Positions 12,901-27,858 are shown, counted from the stretch's first letter. The stretch: 64,000 nt of DNA from Ascidiella aspersa (GCA_963924565.1 OZ004611.1:24614001-24678000), one strand, 5' to 3'. The notes: generated by a model not told the origin, from the letters alone. Made by a program: numbers and translations.

Positions 12901-15900
12901 AAAATGGCAACCTGCATTTATTAAAATTTATGTCGTCAGATAAGCAAAAATCGAATCAAGGCACAAACCCATGACATTTGTCAGGGCGGTCTACAATTGC
13001 GTTAGTTTAGCAATCACGATTCCAGGATGATACAATGCATGTGGTTACCCCAAAGCGCCCAATCGTTCTTGGCCGATGCGGCTTCCTAACCAGCAAGGTG
13101 TTAATTAGCACAGATGTTAAAATCTTCATTTAGCTCACACCTCTTACCTTCTGTTGTTAATTTTTGCTACAGCGCCCCACGACTGTCTAACGTTGTTTCT
13201 TCGCTCTCTCGAATGCACAGCCGTTTTCACGATGATCAGCATGAATATTTTCCCTTTACTGAAGTCGAAAGCATTCGGTCTGCACATGAGATCAGAACAA
13301 CAATAATATGTTAGACACAGATACGGTGATAGATCTGCAAAACATAAACTTGCATTATACATGCGCAAGTTTAGTAAGCGCACTTTTCGTAGCTTTGAAA
13401 ATACATTTTACTGGTCAAGCAAATCTTTAACTTAAAAGCACTGCAAATCCATGTGCTTCGACAGTAAATTAGGTACATTATAATAAATTACCTATTATAT
13501 TAATATAAACTGCAAGGCCATGGACAGCTGACCCTTCGTCGTGTACAATTTTAGCGTGAAGATAAACTATACTTGTGAGGATTCACTCGATAAACGCTCT
13601 AGTCCAGCGGTTCTTGATTTTTATATGGTTTATGTGCAGCCTTACAACAGTGGTTTCAATATCTTCACGACATGTTTGTCCAAATGAGCTCGACAAAAAC
13701 CAACACATCGAGCTCGAGCAATTTTTTTTGTGTTCCCTTTACGTAAGGTCTCCTACATAAAAGTTTACCCTATTCAAACCAAATAAAGGCAATTTTTCGT
13801 CGCGCGATTAAGAGTTAATTTTTTGTATTTTTCTGTTATCTTGGTGATATGAAATCGCCAAATACGGAATTGCTTTTAGTATGATATTTATTTTATATGA
13901 ACGGGGACGCAAGGAACATGACAATTTCCAAAGGGGGCACGGTAGAAAAAAGAACCACTTCTGACCCTAATTTCTAAACAACTTATTAGCGATTTCCGAA
14001 GTACATAGTTAACGATAGGTTAATATGTGCGTATTAGCTTCAGGTTAATTAATTCGGAACTTAAAATCTTGTTAATTGATGTCGCACTTTCATGAGGATG
14101 CAGCTGACAGTGATATCGCCCAATAGTGTCGCGCCTTCCTATTATAATACGGCGGTAAAACGACACTCCACATATGGTTAAGTCAGTGTTTCTCAACCCT
14201 TTTAAGCGGCCACCCTAATACTAAGCGTAAGTACAACAGTAGTCCAATTATCTTCACTGAACTTTTTATAAGCGAACAAGACAAGAAAATAACATTTTTA
14301 AGTTTAAATTTAGTTAACATAATCCATGTCTTTCTATTGCTTTCGTAGTTTTCCTAAATTTAAAAAAATTAAACGAAGTCCTGCTCAGAACCAATTTCAA
14401 TAATTCTAATCAGGTGAACTACTGCAGTCGGCGACCAAACAAATACAACGGCGACCCAATTTGGGGTGGCGACCCATAGATTAAAAACACTGGAGGTGCG
14501 AATTGAACTATCCCACCGGCTACACGCGCTAAATGTATATTAACCTGCCCAACTTACGAAGTCACCAACACCAAATTTGGTGGAACTAACACAAATTTGG
14601 AAACCCGGTGTTTCAAAAAAGACTGATTTTAATCCGTTCCGGTGACCGATGTTTATGTTGAAGTTATTTTTCAACATGACTTACCTATCTCAGGTTAATT
14701 CAACAAAGTCAAGTTAAGGTATTCGAAAATTCGACACCGTACGCGTCTGGTAATAGTATAAATTGCTTACTGCAACAGCCATTTGCTGGTAATATTCCTG
14801 GGCTTGTGTTCCTTTTTAAAGTTGTCCGGCACATTATTGAATTCCGTTCTTTTGTCTGGACCGTCCAGCAACTTACGCTCCAATTTCCTAAAAACAATAG
14901 TTCAGATATAAGGGCATCTTTTCTGCTAAAAAGAGTTGTCCATATCGTGGTGCAATATGACCATATTGTATCGTACATAACGCCTGACAAAACTATTTTG
15001 TCGACTTTGCGAGTTAAGTCGAACGCAGGAAAACAGCAGGTTTTTAGTAATTATTTGTTTTGACGGCGCCACTTAATGACGAACCAATTTTAACATGAAA
15101 GTTTAAAGCGTTTGACACGCGAAACGCGTGTATTACATTCCTGGAGTTAGTATATTCATGGTTTCATTTGGCACTAAAAGCGGTTTGAGTTTGATTGTTC
15201 TGGTGCGACAAAAAATGTTACCTGTTGCATATATTCTTGTTCAGTTACAATGGCCCGTAAGTGTCTCAATTTTAATTGCAAGGCTTCTAAACACCGTACA
15301 GTGTTGCCAGTTGCCCCATGTCTGATTTAGCTACTTTCTACTCTACTGTCAGTTTTTCATATTGTGAGGCTCACCGGACAACAAAATGTGGCTAAATAAC
15401 AATTGCCTTATACGTTGGGTTTCCTTTGTTGTTTGAGCATTTTCAAAATTTAGATCAATAGTAAAACAATCTTGTAGCCATTTAGAGTAAATACTTGGTC
15501 TATTTAAACCAAAAAGCTCAAATATATTTTGGCTTCGCCCGGGACTATGGTGTACAATCATTTTTTATCTTTCTCTAGTAAAGGGCAAAATATTGTATTT
15601 TTAATAGGGCCTATATATACATTTGTTTTTTTTTAATTTGTTTTTTTTAAACACGAAAACAAAACGCTATGGCATAATATCTAAACCTGTTAAATTAAGT
15701 TTAATATGTTTGCCGCCTTCTTCTTGCATTTATTTAGACTTTACTTCAGTTATATATATTTTTTGACTCAAATTAGCAGGTTTCTTAGGTCTTCCTGTTT
15801 TGTCAATTTATGACGTCCTCTCTGAACAATTTCATGCCGACCGTGGTCCACGCGAACCAGAAATATTTTTAGTGGTTCGGGTTAAAAAGAAGTTTAGGAA

Positions 15901-16969
15901 GTTTAATAACCGCTGCCTTAAATCGACAAAATCTCTCACCTGAGTCCTTTATTTCTTTGCGTTTCGACAATCAGACGTGCTGGCTGAATGTGTGAATATA
16001 TCTTGTTGCTAATAAATAAACAAAACAAAAAACGTTTGAACAACAAAAGCCGTTTATTAGGATTCAATAACTATGTATTTCAAAATCACATAGCCTACTT
16101 TGGGGTCGGGTGGATTGAGCCCATTTGTTTTAAGTGGATTAGGGCCTATTAGTTTGGAACTTTTTAGTTTGTACGAAACTTCGCATTCAAGCATTCAAAA
16201 GACTCGTGGAAACTTTACAGTCGTCGAAATCGCACCACGACTTTGGCAGCAATTTGTCAGATTTAAAACGGAAATTTTCGTGTTCGACGTTGTCAGTTCT
16301 CATCGTTATGTAGTTAAGCCGGAAATACTATTAGGATGCTACATTGGTATTGCTGGTATTGCTCGCAACATTACACAAAATAAGCGTAGCACATTTTTGC
16401 CGGTCATAGACCCATCTAAACTTTTTAAGCCTAGATTTCTGGCAGAATATTTGGCAACAATTTAAAGCTGCCTTACAGCACTTACATTTTAAAGCTCATT
16501 TTAATGCCATTGGGTCAAGAAATACTTTATTACATAATTGTGTTCAGCATTTAGATGTTCTGAAACTGCCTATATAATCGATCGCGTTGAAACTAGTATA
16601 GAATTTAGTATGACCCCTTTTTGAAACAATATTTAGCATTCTATTTTCTAACCATGAGAATTTCGCTTTCGACACAATTTAACGACAAATATGTTTGGTT
16701 TGTTAAAGTTGTCTAGAGAAAAAAGACCCTAATTAATCTGTCAAAATAAGTTATCCAATCGTACAATGCTGGACACAAAGAGTTATTGAAAATGTTATGT
16801 ACTTGTAAACAGGACTTCCGCGCTTATGGTCTATAACAGTTGGCTGTATTTTCTGTCGAGGAAGCTGTTTTTGCCACAGAGAATTCACGTTGCATTCCAT
16901 CGCGATGAACAAAGCAGTGCATGCGATCCCGATCAAAAATACGCTGAACAAAAAACGATTCTTGTACAT
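9953..16969 (-). pseudogene. GT31 gene copy U2, probably disabled
   Basis: Exons 13307-13148, 11823-11500, 11071-10940 and 10460-9953 are open. The acceptor before 13307 reads AT instead of AG (13308-13309). A TAG lies at 14926-14928 in the candidate upstream exon frame. Confidence 0.7.
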
Positions 16970-19513
16970 AATTGACCCTAAACCGACTCTGTAAAACATA
17001 GTCAACTCACATAAAACAACATTCATTTGTCCTCGATTTATCTCTAAACCTGATGTTCTACGAATGTCGCATAGGTTCTACGAATGTCGCATCTGTCTTA
17101 AAATTGTTCGAAAGATAATTAGGCGGCCTCTTATGTTTCAAGCTTATGTTGCCTTTTCGACTGGTAGATATAATAGACTGCATAAACGTCGTTTTTTATG
17201 GACCGTTCTTGTTACATCTAAGCTGCTTTCAATACGTTCACAAAAGCGTGTTTTTACTCATACAAGTTTCTTCCACCAAAACGACAACCAGACGTTTTCG
17301 TGAAGGATTAAAACAATGCTGGTCCAACCAGGGATGACGTCAAAGTTACAAGCTGCGACTGTTTCCCAATATACAACTCATTTTTTATAAGAAGAGTTCA
17401 ATTACGGTATACTATAGACCAGTGATCGGCAACCGCCGGTCTGCAAGGAGTTCGTTACCGGTCCGTAGCAGGGTTGCCCGATTAAAATTTTGATTTAAAC
17501 CCAACTCATCGGTTGTATTCATAGTGTTGCTTTCTTTGCGAGAAATTACTCAAATATTCTGGATGCCCGATTTGCTAAAACTATCGAAAGTTAAATATTC
17601 GGCACATTTATTTTTCAATAAATTGTTTGCTTGGCATGAAGTTATATTTAGATCGATTTTTTTTAACTTGATGCTCGATGTCGCCTGTCTTTTTATTTTT
17701 CATCGAATTGCCTGCATTATCTTTGCTTTGTAAAGAAGTTTCAAATTGAATATTTTGCTACTAATACTTTTTTCATATAGCACTCTTTATAGTAATCTAT
17801 CATCATGTCTGTTTACTCGTTTTCGAATCACATTTCCTGAGAACAAAACTTGTGCACTTTCGTCTATTTATGCTATAACCCGACCTAATTTTATTTTCAC
17901 GTTTAAGCACAAATACATTTTTGGTTTAGCTCTATATTATGATCAAACTTTATAGTTTCATGTAATTGAATCATTTAACATCCATTATAAGCGTTATTTG
18001 CTCACTGCATGTACTGAAATGAAAATGTTAGGACTGAAATGTTAAGTTCTCTCTTAAACTAAAAAGAGCCCTTCAAACAAACTCTCTTAGTGCACCATTA
18101 ACAATGCGGAAATAAATGAATGACATCATTCCAATATAAACCAGGTGTAAACGCAATTAATCGGCACCAATGCATAAACAGAGCATATGTCCACTTCCTC
18201 CAAACTGCACAAAGCCAGGAAATCATTAATTACGGGCTACAGTGGCAAAAATACAATCTGACGGTTCATTCGCAATTACGTATGAATTGTTAAACTGAAA
18301 ACAAAAGATATACAACAATACGATTCTTAATACATAAAGATTAAGCGTTTACACTGGTCATTATTTTATAGGAAAATATCACGGCGTTTTGATACTAATT
18401 GAATTGAATTCGGTTGATTTTACAGTTTTACTAATCGCAAACAAAGTGCCACGAACATAATGGATCAAGGTTTAGTTAGACGAAGCAGTGTTGAAAATCA
18501 ATAAAAATATATCCAAAATGTTTAAAATGGTAACTATTGTGTTTGAGCTTTGATATTCCTATACTAGGATGTCAAATGGTTAGAACGCTTTTTACTAAAA
18601 GACAAGAACACATTAATTTTTTGGAACTTAAAAAGTACACACTTGCATAATACATTTTCAGGATATAACTTAACACAGCGGACGACTTAGAAAAAACGAA
18701 TGTTACGTGAATTAGGCCGTTGGCGACTCGACTATTAGCCTATATTGCAGCATCTACAGTACAAATTAAAGCAGGGTCTGTAGAGCCGTAGTCGGACTCG
18801 AGACTATTTTGGACTGCGGAGTAGAGAAAGACTCTTATAGTGCGCTAGCGCGGTAAGTTTGGAAACGATAAGATCGCAACTGCAAATTGGAATGGTTGAA
18901 TAACATGTGGTGAAAGATCATTCAACACCATATTGTGGTGCTTTTCAGTTAAAGACATTGATGTACGTCCACCTTATTGATGTACGTCCACCTTATTGAT
19001 GTACGTCCAGCTTATGTTTAGGTAGATGTGTTGCATATAGGACTATAGAGTCGGTTTCGGATTCGGGACTCATCTGAATCGGTAAATTTGGTTACTTCGA
19101 TTCTATTTTTCGGCCGAAGTGGGATTCAAGTGTGTTCAACCCCGAAAGCCCGGCTTTAAATCACAAAGATATTCAGTAATCCACTCATAGGTGTCACATA
19201 ACTGTTCCACCCATAGTACACGGTGGGGAAATATTACACCATTTGCTATTACACTTTTACAATTTATAGTTGGTTGCCTTACCAGTTTCGAAATTGGTAA
19301 TGCGTACGTCGGACTCGACACCAGTTTTTTGTAGTCTTACTCGAGTCCCGAGTCCCGCGATTAAAGCAAAACAAACCGAATCCATCGGGTCCCGATTCCG
19401 ACTCAGCAACCCTGCTTTAAAGCATAGCGTTGAGGAATCGGGTTAAATGTTTTGTCCGGAGTCCGACTGTTATTTTAAACCGACTCCACAGTCCTTCTGC
19501 AAAGTATCAGTTT

Positions 19514-22500
19514 CTAAGCCAGTCCTCCTTTCCGACACCTTTCGGTGCACATCACCAGCGCAGCGCTGAGCAGCGAACAGAAACCGATTATATAATACAG
19601 GCGTGAAGTCGGCAGAACGATGCGGTCTTTTCGTGGGACGTAATCGAACCCATAACCGCTTTCCTCGAGCTCTATCAAGTAGCCGAAGTTGTTTAGAAAC
19701 AGTTCGACCCGATTCGAATCGTTGGCCGGCACAAGAGCGGCGTCCGTGATTTGTGCGGCGAAATTCTCGGAACCGGGCCAGAAACCGCGGTGGATGATTT
19801 TACCGTTGCCCGTCGCGCGATCCATCAGGTCGTAGACTATGTGCCAAGCCTGAAAAAAGGCCTCCTTGTTGGAGCCGATGTGCCACACGAACGGGCCCAT
19901 GTAGTGCAGCGTGCTCGGGTACACGTTGTCGTCGTACACCAACTTTATGTTGGTCGTGTTCTTGCCCAGTTTCGTTCGCAGGATTCTGGTAATGAACACG
20001 TCCTCCAAATGCATGTCGTACCTGTCGATCAAACAGTCAATCAATTTTTTTTGTTTAACTTGTTGTTTTCGTTTTTTGATTGGTTATTTAAGAGCGACCC
20101 CCTAAACTAAAGTTTTAATCTATGAGAATTACATCTGATTTAACGTTCTGTCGACAACCAAACGCAAGCGTTACAAAAATGGGTTTGAAGCAAAAATTTA
20201 CAATTATCTGATAGACCGCGCTGTTAATTCACACAAAAATTAATACGGCAATTTCGCAAATCAATTGGTGGGCCTTTTGTTATCGCTAACCTCCAAACTG
20301 TGACAAGCTTTATTTTATTATTATGTTCAGAAAACAAAATGTACTGGCATCATGTTTTAAATAAATGAACAAAATACTCCTATGTTTTATATTACGATCG
20401 TGAAGCATCGATACGTTAGCTATAAGCGACTGATCAAACCATTTAGAAAATGCAATTTTTTAAGCTAGGTTGTAACCCGGCCGTGTCCCTCTAGTGTTAC
20501 CTTGGAGTGATTTGAGCTTGCCGATAGATGTCGCTCAACATGGGGAACATCATCACGATAAAACCTCCGTGACAAAACGGAGCCAGATGCCCGAATGAGT
20601 AGGTTTCCTTCGAGAGAGAGTACTTCCCCTCTCTGTAAAGAAAGCTTTAAAGTTAAAAAGATTCTGAAAGACTAAAACAGGTGTATTGCAGTCACGGCTA
20701 AAGTGTAAACGTTGAAATTAGTAGGACAAATCCAAATACACATATTTGTCTTCAAAATAATGGAATCAGGCGGTTATGTTTAAGAAAACCTTTTTGAAAT
20801 TTAAATGTCTTGCTTACTTAAACCTCTACATTAAGATAAACTTTATACTTGAAATTGTATTACATATTTATTGCCCCAATGATTTAAGACAGGGGGTTTC
20901 TAGCAGCTTATAGTTTTAGGAAATGCTCCACTGTAATAAGCGGTGGCGAAAAAATTGACTTCAACCCTAAACCCCGTGAACACAGTTTATTTTTTTGTTG
21001 TTATCGTAATTTATTTGTTTATAATTCTTGTAAAATAGCGTTAGAGAAACGGAACTCTACCTTGCAGGTCCAATTTGTGCGCTGTACATGAATGGACAGT
21101 GCATCGTTCCGTCTTTGACGAACTTCCGCTGATTGGTTGTGAAGTAATCGTACGTCAGCGCCATATTGATGACGCAATCGTCGTCCGTAAACGCGTAGTA
21201 ATCGCTGACATCACCAGTGACGTAGGTGACCCATTGGTAGGCTGCCAACACTTTGTCGGGCAAGGTGGCGTAGTCATCATTGATGTCACATTGGAGAATG
21301 TCGCCGTATTCTTTGTTTTCCGCTTCTATTGAAGCCTGTAGTGTTTTGTTTTCTACTCTTCCCACAAGGAACAATGTGACAAACCTGCACAAATTTAAAC
21401 AACATGAAAATCGTTAAGTTAATCGGAAGCCAATGCCCGATACCAAGGTGTACTATTAGTATTCATCCAATACTATGTGGCAGACTTGGGCAACTAGATT
21501 TATTTTAGCTTTTTAAACTTAGATTAGAATTAAAATTAAAGCATTTACTGAAATTCCTAAAAAAATAATTTTCAACTAGAATTTGATTTAATGGTAATTT
21601 ATTCTTATAAGAACGTGAATAATAAGTGTTTGTGTGCAATTTTTTATGGTTTTTAGACAGTAAAAATTACATAAATGTCGTTCAAACCAAAGTGTTTAAA
21701 TTGAAATTCTGTGTTTTAACTAAGAGACTAAAAATGCCGTTGAACAAAGTAGGATTTTTGGTGAAATCTGAATTAGATTAGAACTAGAATTTCACAAATT
21801 AGATTAGAAATAGAATTAGCCGCATTTGCTCTAATTCAATGAATTTAAAAACTAGAATTATTTGGAAGTCTGCGGTATCCGATATAGGGTGGTAAAGGAC
21901 CGATGCGATATAAAATTTATCTAGGAATCTCAGACGTGATTTGCTATTCAATGGGGGAAATCCGAAAGATAAGTTTACAAAAAAATGTTTGGGTAGAAAC
22001 TTATTTATAAGTAAATAAACTTATTAACGATAAATTTCGGTCTAATAACCTAAAACAATACTTAATTTAATTTGGTATCGAATCAGATCGCAATGATTTT
22101 TATGATAAATATCGGGAATTCGGTATCGGAATAAAATGACAAATACAGGGAATCCCTATTAATATGTATATAGCTTTGATCTTACCACCTCGTGTGATAT
22201 ATCAGCAAGGTGTTTACAAAATAAGACTTGCCTGCGATGGGGTAATAGCACCTCAACCAAAGTAAGCTACTTTAAACCAGTGTTTTGAAAGCAGGTTATA
22301 CGAAGAGTACATTTTATAGTGTCTACTAAAATTACATCGAACGCTATATAGTTCTGGTAGTTTGGTCAAGAGTTGTGAAATTGGAGCTTTTGTACACCAG
22401 TGCTCGTTAGAAATCACTTCAATTTCGTACACCTGAAGCATATAAACTGGCACCTGATATACCGTCAAAAATGGCAACCTGCATTTATTAAAATTTATGT

Positions 22501-25500
22501 TGTCAGATAAGCAAAAATCATATCGAAGGCACAAACCCATGACATTTGTCAGGGCGGTCTACAAATGCGTTAGTTTAGCAATCACGATGCCAGGATGATA
22601 CAATGCATGTGGTTACCCCAAAGCGCCCAATGGTTCTTGGCCGATGCAGCTTCCTAACCAGCAAGGTGTTAATTAGCACAGATGTTAAAATCTTCATTTA
22701 GCTCACACCTCTTACCTTCTGTTGTTAATTTTTGCTACAGCGCCCCACGACTGTCTAACGTTGTTTCTTCGCTCCCTCGAATGCACAGCCGTTTTCACGA
22801 TGATCAGCATGAATATTTTCCCTTTACTGAAGTCGAAAGCATTCGGTCTGCACATGAGATCAAAACAACAATAATATGTTAGACACAGACACGGTGATAG
22901 ATCCGCAAAACATAAACTTGCATTATACATGCGCAAGTTTAGTAAGCGCACTTTTCGTAGCTTTGAAAATCCATTTTACTGGTCACCCCAACCTTTCGTA
23001 AACATATTTTTATTTAAAGAAATCGACAACTTACGAGCACCGCAAGTCCATGTGCTTCGACAGTAAATTAGTTACATTATATTAAATTACCTATTATATT
23101 CATATAAATTACAAGGCCACGGACAGCTGATCCTTCGTCTCGTAAAACTTTAGCATGAAGAGAAACTAGGCCTACTTGTGAGGATTCACTCGATAAACGC
23201 TCTAGTCCAGTGGTTCTTGATTTTTATGTGGTTTGTTTCTGTGCAGCCTTACTCCTGTGGAGTCAATATCTTCGCAACTTGTTTGTCCAAATGAGCTCGA
23301 CAAAAACCAACACAGCGAGCTCGAGCAATTTTTTGTGTGCCCATTACGTCTGGTCTCCTATATAAAAGGTTACCCTAATCAAACCAAATAAAGGAAATTT
23401 TTTGTCGCGCGATTAAGAGTTAATATTTTGTATTTTACTGTTATCTTGGTGATATGTAATCGCAAAATACGGAATTGCTTTTAGTATGATATTTATTTTA
23501 TATGTACGGGGACGCAAGGAACATGACAATTACCAAAGGGGGCACGGTAGAAAAAAGAACCACTTCTGACCCTAATTTCTAAAGAACTTATTCGCGTTCA
23601 TTTGAGGACTTGCATAATATAAAAATGGGCGACTTCCGAAGTACATGCTTCAAGCTAACGATAGTTTAATATGTGCGAATAATTTCAGGTTAATTAATTC
23701 GGAACTTAAAATTTTGTTGAATTATTGTCGCACTTTCATGAGGATTCAGCTGACAGTGATATCGCCCGATAGTGTCGCGCCTTCCTATTTAAAGACGGCG
23801 GCAAAACGACACTCCACATATGGTTAAGTTAGGGTTTCTCAACCCTTTTTAAGTACATCAATAGTCCAATCATCTTCACTGAACTTTTTATAATCGAACA
23901 AGAAAGTTTAAATTTAGTTAACATAATCCATGTTTTTCTATTGCTTTCGTAGTTTTCGTAAATTTAGAAAAATTAAACGATGTCCTGCTCAGAACCAATT
24001 TCAATTATTCTAATCATGTGAACTACTGCAGTCGGCGACCAAACAAATACCACGGCGACCCAATTTGGGGTCGCGACTCATAGATTACAAACACTGGAGG
24101 TGTGAATTGCTATACCCATAGGCTGAACTCGTTAAATGTATATTAATCCTGCCCAACTTACGAACTTACCAACACCAAATTTGGTGGAACTAACACAAAT
24201 TTGGCAACCAGGTGCTGTACAAAAGACTGATTTTAACCCGCTTCGGTGACCGATGTTTATGTTGAAGCTATTTATCCACATAACTATCCTCAGGTTAATT
24301 CACCAAACCCAAGTTAAGGTATTCGAAAATTCGACACCGTACGCGTCTCGTAATAGTATAAATTGCTTACTGCAATAGCCATTTGCTGGTAATATTCCTG
24401 GGCTTGTGTTCCTTTTTAAAGTTGTCCGGCACATTATTGAATTCCGTTCTTTTGTCTGGACCGTCCAGCAACTTACGCTCCAATTTCCTAAAAACAATAG
24501 TCCAGATATAAGGGCATATTTTCTGCTAAAAAGAGTTGTCCATATCGTGGTGCAATATGACCATATTGTATCGTACATAACGCCTGAAAAAACTATTTTG
24601 TCGACTTTGCGAGTTAGGTCGAACGCAGGAAAACAGCAGGTTTTTAGTAATTATTTGTTTTGACGGCGCCACGTAATGACGAACCAATTTTAACATGAAA
24701 GTTTAAAGCGTTTGACACGCGAAACGCGTGTATTACATTCCTGGAGTTAGTATATTCATGGTTTCATTTGGCACTAGTTCAGTTACAATGGCCCGTAAGT
24801 GTCTCAATTTTAATTGCAAGGCTTCTAAACACCGTACAGTGTTGCCAGTTGCCCCATGTCTGATTTAGCTACTTTCTACTCTACTGTGTGTATAATGTGT
24901 GTATAGTTTTTCATATTGTGAGGCTCACCGGACAACAAAATGTGGCTAAATAACAATTGCCTTATACGTTGGGTTTCTTTGTTGTTTGAGCATTTTCAAA
25001 ATTTAGATCAATAGTAAAACCATCTTGTAGCCATTTAGAGTAAATACTTGGTCTATTTAAACCAAAAAGCTCAAATATATTTTGGCTTCGCGCGGGACTA
25101 TGGTGTAGAATCATTTTTTATCTTTCTCTAGTAAAGGGCAAAATATTGTATTTTTAATAGCGCCTATATATACATTTTTTTTTTAGTTTTTTTTTTTTTA
25201 ACACGAAAACAAAACGCTATGGCATAATATCTAAACCTGTTAAATTAAGTTTAATATGTTTGCCGCCTTCTTCTTGCATTTATTTAGACTTTACTTCAGT
25301 TATATATTTTTTGACTCAAATTAGCAGGTTTCTTAGGTCTTCCTGTTTTGTCAATTTATGACGTCCTCTCTGAACAATTCCATGCCGACCCTGGTCCACG
25401 CGAACCAGAAATATTTTTAGTGGTTCGTGTTAAAAAGAAGTTTAGGAAGTTTAATAACCCCTGCCTTAAATCGACAAAATCTCTCACCTGAGTCCTTTAT

Positions 25501-26694
25501 TTCTTTGCGTTTCGACAATCAGACGTGCTGGCTGAAAGCGTGAATATATCTTGTTGCTAATAAATGAACAAAACAAAAAATGTTTGAACAACAAAAGCCG
25601 TTTATTAGGATTCAATAACTATGTATTTCAAAATCACATAGCCTACTTTGGGGTCGGGGTGGATTTGAGCCCATTTGTTTTAAGTGGATTAGGGCCTATT
25701 AGTTTGGAACTTTTTAGTTTCTACGAAACTTCGCATTCAAGCATTCAAAAGACTCGTGGAAACTTTACAGTCGTCGAAATCGCACCACGACTTTGGCAGC
25801 AATTTGTCAGATTTAAAACGGAAATTTTCGTGTTCGACGTTGTCAGTTCTCATCGTTATGTAGTTAAGCCGGAAATACTATTAGGATGCTACATTGGTAT
25901 TGCTCGCAACATTACACAAAATAAGCGTAGCACATTTTTGCCGGTTTAGCATTCCAATTTTATCGTTTTTTCGAACTGAATCTAAACCAGGAGACAGCTG
26001 ACTCGATGAACCTTACGGTCTTTCGCTGTCTCCTGGGAACGTCAAATATTTCAAAACATTGTGATTTCGGCGATTCTCGTTTTTTGTTTTCGTTTTTTGA
26101 CGTTCCAAATAAAATATTATCCTTATCCTTATAGACCCATCTAAACTTTTTAATCCTAGATTTCTGGCAGAATATTTGGCAACAATTTAAAGCTGCCTTA
26201 CAGCACTTACATTTTAAAGCTCATTTTAATGCCATTGGGTCAAGAAATACTTTATTACATAATTGTGTTCAGCATTTAGATGTTCTGAAACTGCCTATAT
26301 AATCGATCGCGTTGAAACTATGATAGAATTTAATATGACCCCTTTTTGAAACAATATTTAGCATTCTATTTTCTAACCATGAGAATTTCGCTTTCGACAC
26401 AATTTAACGACAAATATGTTTGGTTTGTTAAAGTTGTCTAGAGAAAAAAGACCCTAATTAATCTGTCAAAATAAGTTATCCAATCGTACAATGCTGGACA
26501 CAAAGAGTTATTGAAAACGTTATATACTTGTAAACAGGACTTCCGCGCTTATGGTCTGTCAGAGTTGGCTGTCTTTTCTGTCGAGGAAGCTGTTTTTGCC
26601 ACAGAGAATTCACGTTGCGTTCCATCGCGATGAACAAAGCAGTGCATGCGATCCCGATCAAAAATACGCTGAACAAAAAACGATTCTTGTACAT
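19514..26694 (-). pseudogene. GT31 gene copy U3, probably disabled
   Basis: Exons 22875-22716, 21384-21061, 20632-20501 and 20021-19514. Acceptor AG>AT at 22876-22877, TAG at 24526-24528, and EDVFITG>EDVFITR at 19985-19987. The LTR element lies ~540 bp upstream of the candidate ATG. Confidence 0.7.
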
Positions 26695-27230
26695 AATTGA
26701 CCCTAAACCGACTCTGTAAAACATAGTCAACTCACATAAAACAACATTCATTTGTCCTCCATTTATCTCTAAACCTGATGTTCTACGAATGTCGCATGTG
26801 TCTTAAAATTGTTCGAAAGATAATTAGGCGGCCTCTTATGTTTCAAGCTTGTGTTGCCTTTTCGACTGGTAGATATAATAGACTGCATCAACGTCGTTTT
26901 TTATGGACCGTTCTTGTTACATCTAAGCTGCTTTCAATACGTTCACAAAAGCGTGTTTTTACTCATACAAGTTTCTTCCACCAAAACGACAACCAGACGT
27001 TTTCGTGAAGGATTAAAACAATGCTGGTCCAACCAGGGATGACGTCAAAGTTACAAGCTGCGACTGTTTCCCAATATACAACTCATTTTTTATAAGAAGA
27101 GTTCAATTACGGTATACTATAGACCAGTGATCGGCAACCGCCGGTCCGCAAGGAGTTCGTTACCGGTCCGTAGCAGGGTTGCCCGATTAAAATTTTGATT
27201 TAAACCCAACTCATCGGTTGTATTCATAGT

Positions 27231-27764
27231 TGTTGCGGTCTTGCAACATCTTTAGCCGTTAGTAATTACTTAAGGAATACTAAATTAACACATTCAGTAC
27301 CCAATGGGTTTTAAACATTCGTGCATTTCATAGGCGCCGGTTACCACGATATTACCTCGCGAATCTGTGTATGACTATAGCATGTGAGGTCACGCGAGGA
27401 TTGTGAAATTTAAGCAAAATGGTTTGATTATGTTTCGTTATTGTTTCAGTAGTGATAAGTTTTTGTTCGAGAATGTTATAGATTGTTAGTGTTTTGTCTT
27501 TTTGTATTGATGCGGTTTTGAAGATATATTCTATGATAGGTAAAGTGTTATGTAAAATTATTTGATTAGTTGTTGATTGTTCAGTTGCTAATGTATGTAA
27601 ATTATCGTTATTTGCAAGCTCGTTGTTGTGTGAATAATTAATAATGCTAATTACCTTTTTTGGTATTTTTGAGAATCAGGCAGATATTCTTACTAAGGCA
27701 GAACATTAGCGCTGAGATACAAATTATCAGAGCTCACGCTAAATTGTTGTTACAAGTCGTAAAA
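27231..27764 (+). repeat. 5' LTR
   Basis: tgttgcggtcttgcaaca...gtcgtaaaa; about 3 substitutions versus the 3' LTR by eye. Confidence 0.96.
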
Positions 27765-27765
27765 T

Positions 27766-27783
27766 TGGTCCTCGAGTGACTTG
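27766..27783 (+). promoter_or_regulatory. Primer binding site
   Basis: TGGTCCTCGAGTGACTTG begins 1 nt after the LTR; TGG complements tRNA CCA. The priming tRNA is uncertain (resembles Tyr or Trp 3' ends). Confidence 0.75.
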
Positions 27784-27858
27784 ACGTTTTTGTTCTGCTA
27801 AGGTAATATTTGTACTAATACATTATAATATATATATTTTTGTTTAAATTTGATAATT

